This document shows positions 41,151-51,481 of a stretch of 64,000 bases of DNA, in pieces. This stretch comes from Alphaproteobacteria bacterium (lineage in GTDB: Bacteria; Pseudomonadota; Alphaproteobacteria; UBA828). Position 1 is the stretch's first letter. Each line of letters starts with the position of its first letter. Below the pieces are notes generated by a model. That model was not told the origin of the DNA and did not search any database. It saw only the letters and a list, made by a program, of their open reading frames with translations. The stretch covers positions 160,001-224,000 of the forward strand of contig CBDCQT010000010.1 in NCBI GenBank assembly GCA_965220745.1, in the 5' to 3' direction. The position numbers and the translations under genes were made by a program.

Positions 41151-42188
41151 TCACGCGAAGGCCGGCATCACCTCGTCGATGAAGAGCCGCATGGAGCGCT
41201 TCTGCTCCTTCATCCCGAGGCCGAGGCTCGCGTAGTAGGTGAACTGGTCGACGCCGAGCGCCTCGTAGACCCTGAGTTTTTGGATCACCTCGTCGGGCGT
41301 GCCGAACATCAGGTTGTCGTGGAGCATGCGCGGGTCGTACTCGCCCCGGTTCTCCAGCTCCGAGAGGGGGATGGTGCGCGGAAAGCCGTTGGCGACGTCG
41401 CCCAGGTTCTTGAACAGGTTCTCGAACTGGCCGAACTGGCGGATCGCAGCCCTCACCGGCACCTCCCAGTCCTCCTTGCGGTTGTACACCACCGTGTGGC
41501 GCATGGTGGCGAAGATCGGCCGTCGCTTGCCGGGGTTGTCGGCGAGGGCTGACTCCATGCGCCCCCTGTAGGCCTCGACCTCCGACATCGGGCGGGTGAG
41601 CGGCCAGGAGAGAATATTGCATTCGTGTTTCACGGCGAAGTCGTAGGTGTCCGGCGAGCGCGCGGCGATCCAGATCGGCGGATGGGGCTTCTGCAGCGGT
41701 TTCGGCACCGAGGTCGCGGCCGGGAAAGACCAGAACTCGCCCTCGTGCGCGTGGTCGCCCTGCCAGAGCGCCTTCACCATAGGCAGCATCTCGAACATGT
41801 ACTGGAATGCGTCGTTGCGCTGCAGGCCGGGGTGCATGCGGTCGAACTCGCGCTGGTAGGCGCCGGAGCCGATGCCGAACTCGAGCCGCCCGCCGCTGTA
41901 GAGATCCAGTAGCGCGGCCTCGCCCGCCGCCTTGATGGGATGCCAGTACGCCGCCACCACCACCGCCGAGCCGAGCCGGATGCGGCTCGTATGCGCCGCC
42001 CACCAGGTGAGGATCTGGAAGGGGTTGGGCGCGATGGTCATCTCCAGCGCGTGGTGCTCGGCGGCCCAGGCGATGGCGAACCCGCCCTCGTCCGCCATCT
42101 GCACCATCTCCAGCGTGTGGCGCTCGACATCAGTCATGTCGAGGTCGGGCACGAGCCGCTCCATGTTGATGGCGAGCTGGAATTTCAT
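41151..42188 (-). CDS. LLM-class flavin-dependent oxidoreductase
   Basis: WAAEHH, SGGRLEFGIGSG, PKPLQKPHPPIW, GTPDEV. Confidence 0.92.
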   Translation of the reverse strand: MKFQLAINMERLVPDLDMTDVERHTLEMVQMADEGGFAIAWAAEHHALEMTIAPNPFQILTWWAAHTSRIRLGSAVVVAAYWHPIKAAGEAALLDLYSGGRLEFGIGSGAYQREFDRMHPGLQRNDAFQYMFEMLPMVKALWQGDHAHEGEFWSFPAATSVPKPLQKPHPPIWIAARSPDTYDFAVKHECNILSWPLTRPMSEVEAYRGRMESALADNPGKRRPIFATMRHTVVYNRKEDWEVPVRAAIRQFGQFENLFKNLGDVANGFPRTIPLSELENRGEYDPRMLHDNLMFGTPDEVIQKLRVYEALGVDQFTYYASLGLGMKEQKRSMRLFIDEVMPAFA

Positions 42189-42334
42189 TCTGCAGGGCCT
42201 CCCGAATGGGTTGCGACATGTGCCGCTCCGGGATGGATAGCGGACCCGCGCGAATTATTCATCAAGCTTCTGGCTTGAGGGTCGCCGGGGCGCGCAATCG
42301 GCGGGGCTTCACCCTTTCCCCGCCCGCCCGCGCC

Positions 42335-42400
42335 GATAATAATAATGAGTTGCATTTGCTGATTCGGCGGCTACACTGCCCGAAATGAGAGTTATTCGCA
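42335..42400. promoter_or_regulatory. Two Fur-box-like sites
   Basis: GATAATAATAATGAGTTGCATT and AAATGAGAGTTATTCGCA, AT-rich islands in GC-rich DNA resembling the Fur consensus. Confidence 0.6.
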
Positions 42401-42437
42401 GACCGAGACGACACACGGCGGACCGGCGAGGACAGGG

Positions 42438-43049
42438 ATGAAGGGAGCGATGAACGAGGGCGCGACGCAACGGGAGGCGCAGGCACCGGCGCCGCGACGC
42501 CGCAACGGGCCGGGGATGACAATTCCCCGCCTGACCTTCGCCGAACAGCTCGTGCTCTGGTCCGCGCGCCGGCTGGCCAACGCCGGCCATAACGTTGCGG
42601 GGACGGAGACGGAGGCCTCGGCATACCGGCAGGATGTCCTGACGCGCGTCAGCGGCGAGCTCAGCGTTGCGCTCTGCCCGACCGGCGGCCCGACGGCCGG
42701 GGCCGAAGCGGCGGAGGCGCTGGAACGCACCCTGGACACCTTCGGCTGCGCAGGCGTGCGCAACCTGCGGCTTAACCCCATGTGCTGCCGCTTCGTCAGT
42801 AATGACGAGCGGCTCTTCCTGTCCTTCCTCGCAAGCTGCCAGGAAGGCGACCACCGGCACGCGGCCACCCTGCTCTCCTGGTTCCTTCCGCCCGCGGCGG
42901 TGCGAGCCGCAGCGGCCGACGGGGCCGCCTTCACGCGGGCGCTGCTCGAGGCGGGATTCCAGCTACCGCAGCGGCTCATGCTCGCCGAGCACGCGGGTTG
43001 CCCCGCGGGAGAAACGCCGAGAGCGGCCGCGCCGCGCACGCTGCATTAG
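42438..43049 (+). CDS. Hypothetical protein
   Basis: EQLVLWSARR, PMCCRFVSNDERLFL; first gene after the putative Fur boxes. Confidence 0.65.
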   Translation: MKGAMNEGATQREAQAPAPRRRNGPGMTIPRLTFAEQLVLWSARRLANAGHNVAGTETEASAYRQDVLTRVSGELSVALCPTGGPTAGAEAAEALERTLDTFGCAGVRNLRLNPMCCRFVSNDERLFLSFLASCQEGDHRHAATLLSWFLPPAAVRAAAADGAAFTRALLEAGFQLPQRLMLAEHAGCPAGETPRAAAPRTLH

Positions 43050-43107
43050 CTCGCGCCGGGGTCCTGCGCGCGGGTCATCTCAGGCCAGAGACAAGGGAGT
43101 CGACACC

Positions 43108-44532
43108 ATGAAGCGAACGATTGCTGCGGGAACCGCCCTCCTCGCCTTCGCCGTGCTGCCCGTGGCAGCGCACGGGCAAGACGACATCTATGCGGGCTTT
43201 CCGGTCACCCTGAAGAGCTACGAGGGCTCGGCGACGACGTCGGTCTCCTACGGCGGCCAGATCGCCCGCCAGGTCCTGCATGACTCTCTGAAAAAACTGG
43301 CCGGCAAGGGCACCGGCGCGCCGGACGACGCACTGAAGGCCACGATGCTCTCCTACTTCGATGGCAAGGACGAGGGCCGCGCGATCATCGCGCCGGCCAG
43401 CAAGGGCCCGTTCGTGGTGATGCAGACCGGCGTCGACGAGATCAGCAAGGGCACCAACCTCGCCGGCAAGACCTACAAGGGCGCGGTGCCGGGCATGCCC
43501 AACAACATGACCGGGCCGGAGCTCCTCACGTTCTGGATCGACAAGGCGTCGGCGGCGGAAAAGGGCTTCGATGCGGCGAACGGCTACGACTATCCGCAGC
43601 TGATCTCCAAGTTCCTCCTGGGTGCGGTGTTCTACAACCAGGCGGTCGACAACTACCTGGACGAGAAGCTGCGCGCCGACACCAAGCCCAACGACAAGCC
43701 CTACAAGGAAGGCGCCGCCTACACCGGCAAGGAGCATTCCTGGGACGAGGCGTTCGGCTATTTCGGCACGCCCGCCCACACGCTGACGCTGACCCCGCAG
43801 GCGGTCTACGAGATCAACAAGCAGGGCAGCAAGTCGGAGAAGCCGGAAGACGCGCTGACCCTCGCCGATTACAACAAGGACGGCGCGGTCGACCTCAAGA
43901 GCGAGATGGCCTTCGGGCCGGCCTACTACGCCGCCGGCTTCGACAAGTCCGGCACCGACTACCTCCACACCATCACCCGCGCCTTCATCGACGGGCGCAA
44001 GGCAATCACGGAGGCGAACGGCGCAGCGCTCACCGACGAGCAGCGCAGCGCGCTCCAGGGTTACGCCGAAACCATCCGCACCAACTGGGAACAGGTTCTT
44101 GCGGAGGCCGTGTTCAAGTACGCGGGCTCTGTCTACAAGGACCTCGGCAAGCTGGACATCATCCTCGAGTCCGACGGCGATCCGGCCAAAGCCTACCGCG
44201 CCTATGCCAAGCACTGGGGCGAGCTGAAGGGCTTCGCGCTGGCGCTCCAGACCGGCCGCGACAACCTGGGCGAGACGGCGGTCAGGCTCAACCGGATCAT
44301 CGGCTTCGGCCCGGTGCTGCTCAACCTGAGCCAGGTCACCGACATCGACAGCGCGGGCAATTACGTGAAGGACGAGTCCAAGCCGCTCGCGACCTACCAG
44401 TACGACATGCTGAAGCTGCAGGACCTCATGGTCTCGGCCTTCGGCGTGGAGGCTCGCCAGAACGATCAGCTCTCCGACATGGAATCGCTGCTGGAGAAGC
44501 TCGGCGACGGCGCGAGCGCCGAGAACGATTGA
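43108..44532 (+). CDS. DUF4856-like exported protein
   Basis: Signal peptide; VSYGGQIAR, QLISKFLLGAVFYNQAVDNYL, EHSWDEAFGYFG, KHWGELKGFALALQ. Confidence 0.8.
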   Translation: MKRTIAAGTALLAFAVLPVAAHGQDDIYAGFPVTLKSYEGSATTSVSYGGQIARQVLHDSLKKLAGKGTGAPDDALKATMLSYFDGKDEGRAIIAPASKGPFVVMQTGVDEISKGTNLAGKTYKGAVPGMPNNMTGPELLTFWIDKASAAEKGFDAANGYDYPQLISKFLLGAVFYNQAVDNYLDEKLRADTKPNDKPYKEGAAYTGKEHSWDEAFGYFGTPAHTLTLTPQAVYEINKQGSKSEKPEDALTLADYNKDGAVDLKSEMAFGPAYYAAGFDKSGTDYLHTITRAFIDGRKAITEANGAALTDEQRSALQGYAETIRTNWEQVLAEAVFKYAGSVYKDLGKLDIILESDGDPAKAYRAYAKHWGELKGFALALQTGRDNLGETAVRLNRIIGFGPVLLNLSQVTDIDSAGNYVKDESKPLATYQYDMLKLQDLMVSAFGVEARQNDQLSDMESLLEKLGDGASAEND

Positions 44533-44605
44533 GGAGTCGTTCCCCGCCGCGGCGTCCGCTACGGTGGCGGGCGTCGCGGTGACTTAGGAGGCAGGCGCGG
44601 GAACG

Positions 44606-45682
44606 GTGGAGTCGGTCGTCCTCGACTATCTCGGCGGGCTGGGCGACGGCTTCGTCGATCCTAAGAAGCGCGTCTTCGTCGGCTACCTGGCGGCGGCGCT
44701 CGCCATCGCCTGCGTGGTGACGCTCGGCGCGGCGGGGTGGAACCTCCGCAACGGCGCCGCCGCCGGCCGCCGCGTAATCTTCTCCCGCGCGATCTGGTGG
44801 TCGGCCTCCGCCCGCGCGGACTACAAGATGTTCGCGGTCAACCAGGCGCTGATGATGGCGATCGCGCCCCGCCTGGTGGGCCGCATGGCGATCGCCACAG
44901 CGCTCTTCTCGGGCCTGCACACCCTGGTCGGCGGCCGGCCCGACGCCGCCCTCGCACTCCCCGGCTGGCTGGTCGTCGCGAGCTTCACGCTCTGCCACTT
45001 CCTCTGCGATGACGTGTCGAAGTACCTGGTGCACCGCGCCCTGCACCGCTGGCCGGTGCTCTGGGCATTCCACAAGGTCCACCACTCGGCGACGACGCTG
45101 ACGCCGCTCACAGTCTACCGGACCCATCCGCTGGAGGCGGTGCTCTTCAGCCTGCGCGGCACCGCTGTGCAGGCGGTGGTGGTGGCCGTGTTCATCTTCT
45201 TCTTCGGCAGCGCGGTGGACCTCTTCACGGTGCTCGGCGCGAGTGTCTTCCTGTTCGCGTTCAACGCCGCTGGCTCCAACCTGCGCCATTCGCACGTGCG
45301 CATAAGCTACGGGCGGCGGCTGGAGCGGGTGCTGATGTCGCCGGCACAGCATCAGATCCACCACTCCGTGGAAGCACGGCACCACGACAAGAATTTTGGC
45401 ACCGTGCTCTCGCTCTGGGACTGGTTGGGCGGCACCCTCTTCATCGCGGACAAGGGCGAAACGCTGCGTTACGGCCTCTCTCCCGGCCCGGCGAAGGAGA
45501 TGAACGGCCTCGCGGCGCTCTATGTCAGGCCGGCGCTGGAGGCCGGCCTGGTTCTTCGTGACACAGCCGCCGGCGCGCTTGCGAATCGCCACGAATTCAA
45601 AGGACAATCGCGCCGTGGTTGGCACATTGCGAGCGTGACCGATGCCTCCCGAATCGCACGGCAGGCAATCGGGGACCGATAG
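44606..45682 (+). CDS. Sterol desaturase/fatty-acid hydroxylase family
   Basis: His boxes HRALH, FHKVHHS, RTHPLE, HQIHHS, NFG. Confidence 0.9.
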   Translation: MESVVLDYLGGLGDGFVDPKKRVFVGYLAAALAIACVVTLGAAGWNLRNGAAAGRRVIFSRAIWWSASARADYKMFAVNQALMMAIAPRLVGRMAIATALFSGLHTLVGGRPDAALALPGWLVVASFTLCHFLCDDVSKYLVHRALHRWPVLWAFHKVHHSATTLTPLTVYRTHPLEAVLFSLRGTAVQAVVVAVFIFFFGSAVDLFTVLGASVFLFAFNAAGSNLRHSHVRISYGRRLERVLMSPAQHQIHHSVEARHHDKNFGTVLSLWDWLGGTLFIADKGETLRYGLSPGPAKEMNGLAALYVRPALEAGLVLRDTAAGALANRHEFKGQSRRGWHIASVTDASRIARQAIGDR

Positions 45683-47141
45683 CGACGACCCGGCAGAAGC
45701 CGGAAAGCGTCTATTCGCCGAATACGAGACCCGCCCCGCGTTCTACGACGAGATGTTCGAGACCACCGGCGTGCCGCGCATCCACTGCCGGGAGCTCTGC
45801 GAGGCGCTCGATGGGATGCGCCCGGCCGAAATCGCCGCCATGCAGGAGTACGCCGAGCGCTCCTTCCTGCATCAGGGGATAACCTTCGCGGTCTACGGCG
45901 AGGACGGCGCGCAGGAGCGGATCATCCCCATCGACTTCCTGCCGCGGCTTGTCGACGCCGCCGACTGGGACCTGGTGGAGCGGGGCCTGCGGCAGCGGCT
46001 GGAGGCGCTGAACCGCTTCCTCGCCGATGTCTACGGGCCGGGGCGGATCCTCGAGGACGGGGTGGTGCCGGTGGACCTGGTGCGGGGCTGCCCGCAGTAC
46101 CGGGTCGAGATGCGGGGCCTGGAGGTGCCCCACGGCGTCTACGTCGCGCTCTGCGGCACCGACATCGTGCGCACCAACGACGGCTTCGTGGTGCTGGAGG
46201 ACAACCTGCGCGTGCCCTCCGGCGTCTCCTACATGCTGGCCAACCGGCGCGCGCTGAAGACCAGCCTGCGCAACCTGTTCCGGCGCCACCATGTGCGCGG
46301 CATCGAGCACTACGGCCAGCTGCTGCGGCAAACGCTCGCCGAGCTGGCGCCGCCCGGCGTCTCCGACCCCTGCATCGTCCTGCTGACGCCCGGCGTTTAC
46401 AACTCCGCCTTCTACGAGCACATGTTCCTGGCGCAGGAGATGGGCGTGGAGCTGGTGCAGGGCAGCGACCTGCTGGTCCACAACGGCTTCGTCTACATGC
46501 GGACCACCGCCGGGCTGAAGAAGGTGGACGTGATCTATCGGCGCATCGACGACGACTTCATCGACCCGCTGGCGTTCCGCCCCGATTCGCAGCTGGGCAC
46601 CCCCGGGCTCTTCTATGCCTACCGGCTCGGCAACGTGACTATCGCCAATGCGCCGGGCACCGGCGTCGCCGACGACAAGAGCGTCTACGTCTATGTGCCG
46701 GAGATGATCCGCTACTACCTGGGCGAAGAGCCGCTGCTCGCCAACGTGGACACCCGTCTCTGCCGGGAGCAGGAGGGGCTGGAGTACACGCTCGACAACC
46801 TGGACAAGCTGGTGGTCAAGATGGTCGGCGAATCGGGCGGATACGGCATGCTGGTCGGCCCCCACGCGACGCCCGACCAGCGCGCGGCCTACGCCGAAGA
46901 GCTGCGCAAGAACCCGGCCAACTACGTCTCCCAGCCGGTGCTCGACCTCTCGGTCTCGCCCTGCCTGACGGAGACGGGCGCCGCACCGCGCCACGTCGAC
47001 CTCCGCCCCTTCGTGTTGCGCGGCAACGAGACCCGCCTGGTCCCCGGCGCCTTCTGCCGTGTCGCGCTGGTCGAGGGCTCGCTCGTCGTGAACTCGAGCC
47101 AGGGCGGCGGCGGCAAGGACCTCTGGGTGCTCTCCGAGTAG
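45642..47141 (+). CDS. Circularly permuted ATP-grasp type 2
   Basis: YDEM, QGITF, LEDNLRVPSGVSY, VIYRRIDD, NAPGTGVADDK, NSSQGGGGKD. Confidence 0.93.
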   Translation: MPPESHGRQSGTDSDDPAEAGKRLFAEYETRPAFYDEMFETTGVPRIHCRELCEALDGMRPAEIAAMQEYAERSFLHQGITFAVYGEDGAQERIIPIDFLPRLVDAADWDLVERGLRQRLEALNRFLADVYGPGRILEDGVVPVDLVRGCPQYRVEMRGLEVPHGVYVALCGTDIVRTNDGFVVLEDNLRVPSGVSYMLANRRALKTSLRNLFRRHHVRGIEHYGQLLRQTLAELAPPGVSDPCIVLLTPGVYNSAFYEHMFLAQEMGVELVQGSDLLVHNGFVYMRTTAGLKKVDVIYRRIDDDFIDPLAFRPDSQLGTPGLFYAYRLGNVTIANAPGTGVADDKSVYVYVPEMIRYYLGEEPLLANVDTRLCREQEGLEYTLDNLDKLVVKMVGESGGYGMLVGPHATPDQRAAYAEELRKNPANYVSQPVLDLSVSPCLTETGAAPRHVDLRPFVLRGNETRLVPGAFCRVALVEGSLVVNSSQGGGGKDLWVLSE

Positions 47142-47145
47142 GCCG

Positions 47146-48120
47146 ATGCTCTCACGCACCGCCGAAGGCCTCTACTGGATGGCCCGCTATCTGGAGCGGG
47201 CGCAGAACGGCTGCCGCCTGCTGGCGGAGCAGTTCATCATCATCGAGGACCGGCCGGTCGAGCAGATCGACCAGAGCTGGCGGCGCCTCTACATTGCTGC
47301 CGGCCGCACCCCGCTGGGCGGCCACCTGGAGCCGCCGCCCGACGACGAAGACTTCATGCTGGCCGACGCCTACACGCTGGCCGACGACCTGACCTTCGAG
47401 CCGACCAACCCCGATGCGATCCGCAACTGCTTCGCGGCGGCGCGCGAGAGCGCCCGGCAGGTGCGCAACATCATCCCGGACAAGATGTGGTCCGCCCTCA
47501 ACCTCGCGTACTTCGATCTGCGCGATGTCGAGATCGAGAACATCTGGAACGACCAGCCGGGCACGTTCTACGAGCGTACCGAGGGCGCCATCCGCACCAT
47601 CTCGGGCGTCGCCGAGGGCACGATCTACCGGGACGACGGCTGGCACTTCCTCCAGCTCGGGCGCTTCGTCGAACGGGTGCAATCCACCGCCGCTCTGATG
47701 GACGCGCACATCGCGCTGTTCCCGACCGACGCGCCCGACTGCGAAGCGGACTGGCTCTCCCTGCTCTGGATCAGCGAGGCGCACTTCGCCTACCGCCGCC
47801 TCTACTCCCTGGAACGCAGCCCGAGCCGCATGGTCGACTTCCTGGTCACCGACCCCTCGCTGTCGCATTCGATCCGCCATGCGCTGGGGCGGATCGTGGA
47901 GGCGCTCGACGCCGTGGCGGTGGGTCCGGCGCTCAAGATCGAAGCGGAGCGCCGCGCGGGCCGCATGGTCGCCAGCATCGACCATGACTGGCCCGACCGC
48001 GACCGCGGGGACGACGACGCCACGCGCGCTGCGCTGCGGGAGATCGGCGAGTCATGCCGGCTGCTGCACCAGGACATCACGGCCGCCTACTTTGACTACG
48101 AGGTCAAGGACGCGTCGTGA
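47146..48120 (+). CDS. Alpha-E domain protein
   Basis: MLSRTAEGLYWMARYLERA, LGRFVER. Confidence 0.92.
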   Translation: MLSRTAEGLYWMARYLERAQNGCRLLAEQFIIIEDRPVEQIDQSWRRLYIAAGRTPLGGHLEPPPDDEDFMLADAYTLADDLTFEPTNPDAIRNCFAAARESARQVRNIIPDKMWSALNLAYFDLRDVEIENIWNDQPGTFYERTEGAIRTISGVAEGTIYRDDGWHFLQLGRFVERVQSTAALMDAHIALFPTDAPDCEADWLSLLWISEAHFAYRRLYSLERSPSRMVDFLVTDPSLSHSIRHALGRIVEALDAVAVGPALKIEAERRAGRMVASIDHDWPDRDRGDDDATRAALREIGESCRLLHQDITAAYFDYEVKDAS

Positions 48121-49082
48121 GCAGGGACACCCCGAGCCGGTTCCTGGTCGAGCACCTCTCGGACTTTCGCTACGAGGCGCCGGCGCAGGGCAGCCTGATG
48201 GTACTGCGCCTGCAACCACGGGCGGACGGCGGGCAGCGGGTTGCCTCCTTCGCCCTCGACATCGACCCCGTCGCTGCGCCGCTCGCGTTCGAGGACTCCT
48301 TCGGCAACGCCTGTCACCTGTTCAATATCCATCGGACGCACGAGCACACTGCCGTGCATTCGCGGGCGGAGGTGGAGACGGCACCGGCGCCGGACTTGCC
48401 GCAGCGCATGGAGACAGACGCCTGGGATGCGCTGGCGGAGGCTGCGGCCCCGCTCCGGCACTGGGAGTTCCTGGCGCCCAGCGCCTTCGCGCGGCCGGGC
48501 CCGGCGCTCGCGGCCTTCGCCGAGGCCAAGGGGCTGCGCAAGGGCGGCGATCCCCTTTCCTCCCTCCTGGAGCTGGGCCGCGCGCTGCACGGGGCGTTCC
48601 GCTACGAGCCGGGCAGCACGGCGGTGGACTCGCCGATCGAGCACATCCTGGAGACCGGCAGCGGGGTCTGCCAGGACTACACCCACGTGATGATCGCCAT
48701 CGCGCGCTCGTGGGGGATTCCGAGCCGCTATGTCTCGGGCTACCTGCATCGGGAAGGCGCGCCGGGCGAGCAGACGCCCGAGGGGGCGAGCCACGCCTGG
48801 GCGGAGTTCCTGCTGCCCGATCTGGGCTGGCTCGGCATCGACCCCACCAACGACACGATTGCCGATCACCGCCATGTGCGCATCGCCGTGGGCCGCGACT
48901 ATGCCGATGCGGCGCCGACGCGGGGGGCGGTGTTCGGCGGCGGGGAGTCCAGTCTGGAGGTGCGGGTGACGGTCACCGAGAGTGGCGAGCCCGAACCCGC
49001 CATTGCGCCCAGGGCGGAGCGGCCGTTCATCAGCGACGCCACGCCCACCCCGGCGGTCCCGCAAGCGGGCGCCGATCAATAG
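48117..49082 (+). CDS. Transglutaminase-family protein
   Basis: GVCQDYTH, RYVSGY, SHAWAE, DPTN, GRDYAD. Confidence 0.93.
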   Translation: MSRDTPSRFLVEHLSDFRYEAPAQGSLMVLRLQPRADGGQRVASFALDIDPVAAPLAFEDSFGNACHLFNIHRTHEHTAVHSRAEVETAPAPDLPQRMETDAWDALAEAAAPLRHWEFLAPSAFARPGPALAAFAEAKGLRKGGDPLSSLLELGRALHGAFRYEPGSTAVDSPIEHILETGSGVCQDYTHVMIAIARSWGIPSRYVSGYLHREGAPGEQTPEGASHAWAEFLLPDLGWLGIDPTNDTIADHRHVRIAVGRDYADAAPTRGAVFGGGESSLEVRVTVTESGEPEPAIAPRAERPFISDATPTPAVPQAGADQ

Positions 49083-49106
49083 CGGCCCACCGGCGGAGGG
49101 GCCGAG

Positions 49107-50783
49107 TTAGCTCAGATAGCGGTCGAGCACGTGGCCGGGGGGCGGCACGTCGCGATAGCCGTCCTCGTCGTAGACGCGGGTGCCGTTGACCCAGACCCGG
49201 TGCACCCCGCTGGCGTCGCGGACCAGCCGGCTCTCGCCGCCGGGCAGATCGTCGACCCGCCTGATCGCGCCGCGCCCGACCGTCGTCGGATCGAAGAGCA
49301 TGAGGTCCGCGAACTTGCCGGGCGCAATCTCGCCGCGATCAGCGATGCCGTAGAGCCGCGCCGGCATGCTGGTGACCCGGCGGATGCCGTCCGCCAGATC
49401 GAACACGCCCTTGTCGCGCACCCAGTGGCCGAGCAGGTGCAGGCCGTAGCCGGCATCGCAGAGGTAGCAAAGGTGGGCGCCCGCGTCCGACAGGCTGATG
49501 AGGCCGGCGTCGTGGCGCAGCAGCTCTTCCACCGCCGCCTCGTCGGCGTTGAGCAGGGCGGCATTGAAGGTGGTGCCCAGCTTCTCGTCCACGACGATGT
49601 CGAACATGACGTCGACCGGGTCGCGGCCCGCGCGCCCGGCGATGGTCTCGATGGTCTCGCCCTCCAGCGTCCGATGCGCCGGCGTCGCCGCCATCGCCAC
49701 CTCGACGCGCCGCCAATCGCCGTAGAAGATCTTGCCCTGCTTCGGCTTGTCCAAGTCCTCCCGGAACCTGTTTCGGAAGTCCTGGCTTGCAACGATCGCC
49801 AGAAAATCCTCGTCCGATGCCGTGTGCAGCGGCCCCCAGGCATCAAGGCTCTGGAGTGGGAAGGCGGTCCGCATGGAGAAATCCATGCAGAGTGGCTGAC
49901 ACGAGACCTGGGCCCACACCCCGTTGCCGCGACTCTGCGCGGCGGCGGCGCCCTCCAGCATCCCGATGGCGCGGTCCGGGAAGGTATCGTTGTGGAGAGC
50001 GGCCGTCATGAAGATCGGCCGGTCGGTTTCGGCGGCCATGCTCTCCAGCCGCTCCACGGTCATGCTCGGGCCGACGGTGAGTTGGAAGGTTCCTCGGCCG
50101 AGCTCGCCGAGCACGCCGACCAGCGCGCGCAACTCGTCGTCTTCCGCCAACCGGGACGGCATCGGCACGCCGCCGTCACCGTTGTGGTTGATCGAGGTGG
50201 AGGTGGCAAAGCCGATGGCGCCGGCCTCCATCGCCTCCTTTACGATGCCGCGCATGGTGGCGATCTCGTCCTCGGTCGCCGCGCGCTCCGAGGCTTCGGC
50301 GCCGAGCACCGTGGTGCGCACCGCCGAATGGCCGACGAAGACACCGGCGTTGGGATAGCAGCCCTTGCGCCGCAACTGCGCCAGATACTCGGGGAACGTC
50401 TCGAAGCCCCAGTCGATCCCGGCTTCCAGCGCGGCGATGGACATACCCTCGACTTCGGCCAGGTTGCGCGCCATCTGCTCGCGCCGGTCCGGCGGGCAGG
50501 GCGCGATGCTGAAGCCGCAATTGCCCATGACCACCGTGGTGACGCCGAGCGAAGGCGAGGGCGTCACCTGGCTCTCCCAGGTGACTTGGGCGTCGTAATG
50601 GGTGTGCACGTCGACGATGCCGGGCGCCAGTACGAGGCCGTCGGCGTCGACCGTCTCCCGCGCGCTCTCAGTTACGTCGCCGACTTCGACAATGCGCTCG
50701 CCGCTGACGGCGACATCGGCCTGGATCAGCGGATTGCCGACGCCATCCGCCACCATCGCGCCGCGAATTACGAGGTCATGCAT
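49107..50783 (-). CDS. N-acyl-D-amino-acid deacylase-family amidohydrolase
   Basis: PGIVDVHTHYDAQ, GNCGF, SDAGAH. Confidence 0.92.
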   Translation of the reverse strand: MHDLVIRGAMVADGVGNPLIQADVAVSGERIVEVGDVTESARETVDADGLVLAPGIVDVHTHYDAQVTWESQVTPSPSLGVTTVVMGNCGFSIAPCPPDRREQMARNLAEVEGMSIAALEAGIDWGFETFPEYLAQLRRKGCYPNAGVFVGHSAVRTTVLGAEASERAATEDEIATMRGIVKEAMEAGAIGFATSTSINHNGDGGVPMPSRLAEDDELRALVGVLGELGRGTFQLTVGPSMTVERLESMAAETDRPIFMTAALHNDTFPDRAIGMLEGAAAAQSRGNGVWAQVSCQPLCMDFSMRTAFPLQSLDAWGPLHTASDEDFLAIVASQDFRNRFREDLDKPKQGKIFYGDWRRVEVAMAATPAHRTLEGETIETIAGRAGRDPVDVMFDIVVDEKLGTTFNAALLNADEAAVEELLRHDAGLISLSDAGAHLCYLCDAGYGLHLLGHWVRDKGVFDLADGIRRVTSMPARLYGIADRGEIAPGKFADLMLFDPTTVGRGAIRRVDDLPGGESRLVRDASGVHRVWVNGTRVYDEDGYRDVPPPGHVLDRYLS

Positions 50784-50848
50784 GGCTCAACTCGATCCTT
50801 CTCACGGTATGGCGGCTCGGCGTCTGCGTGCGCGCCGCCGCGCCGGCG

Positions 50849-51478
50849 TCAGGGACTCCTCGGAACCGTCACGCCGATCATGCAGTCGCGGGTCACGAGC
50901 GCGGCGAGGCGCTCGGGCTCCCAGCCCTCGGTGCCGGCAGGCTGCCGGGGCACGACAATGTAGCGCATGTCGGCGGTGGAATCGTGCACGCGCACGGTCA
51001 CGTCGTCCGGCACCTCGGTGCCGAACTCGCGCAGCACGGCACGGGGCTCGCGCACCACCCGGGAGCGGTAGGCCTTCGCCTTGTACCAGTCGGGCGGCAG
51101 GCCCAGGAGGTTGCGCGGATAGCACGAGCAGAGCGTGCAGACGATCACGTTGTGCACGCTCGCCGTGTTCTCGACGGCGATCAGGCGCAGCGGCCCGAGC
51201 TCGATGCCCATGCTGGCGCAGGCCGCCGAGCCGTCCGCCAACAACGCGTCCTTGAAGGCCGGGTCGGTCCAGGCGCGGGCCACGACTTGCGCTCCCTTCG
51301 CGGGGCTGCGGGCGTCCATCGCCTCGATCGCCGCGCGCACGTCGTCGGCGCCGAAGACCCCCTTCTCGATCAGGAGCTCGCGGACGGCGATCTCCATGGT
51401 CTCGTAGTAGCTGAGCGGGCCGTCCTCGTCAGGCGGGGGCCGGTGATCGTGGGCGTGTTCGTGGACATGGCTTGCCAT
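50849..51478 (-). CDS. nthA: Co-type nitrile hydratase alpha subunit (or thiocyanate hydrolase gamma-like)
   Basis: VCTLCSCYP, VVARAWTDP, YRSRVVREPR, DSTADMRY. Confidence 0.92.
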   Translation of the reverse strand: MASHVHEHAHDHRPPPDEDGPLSYYETMEIAVRELLIEKGVFGADDVRAAIEAMDARSPAKGAQVVARAWTDPAFKDALLADGSAACASMGIELGPLRLIAVENTASVHNVIVCTLCSCYPRNLLGLPPDWYKAKAYRSRVVREPRAVLREFGTEVPDDVTVRVHDSTADMRYIVVPRQPAGTEGWEPERLAALVTRDCMIGVTVPRSP

Positions 51479-51481
51479 CGC

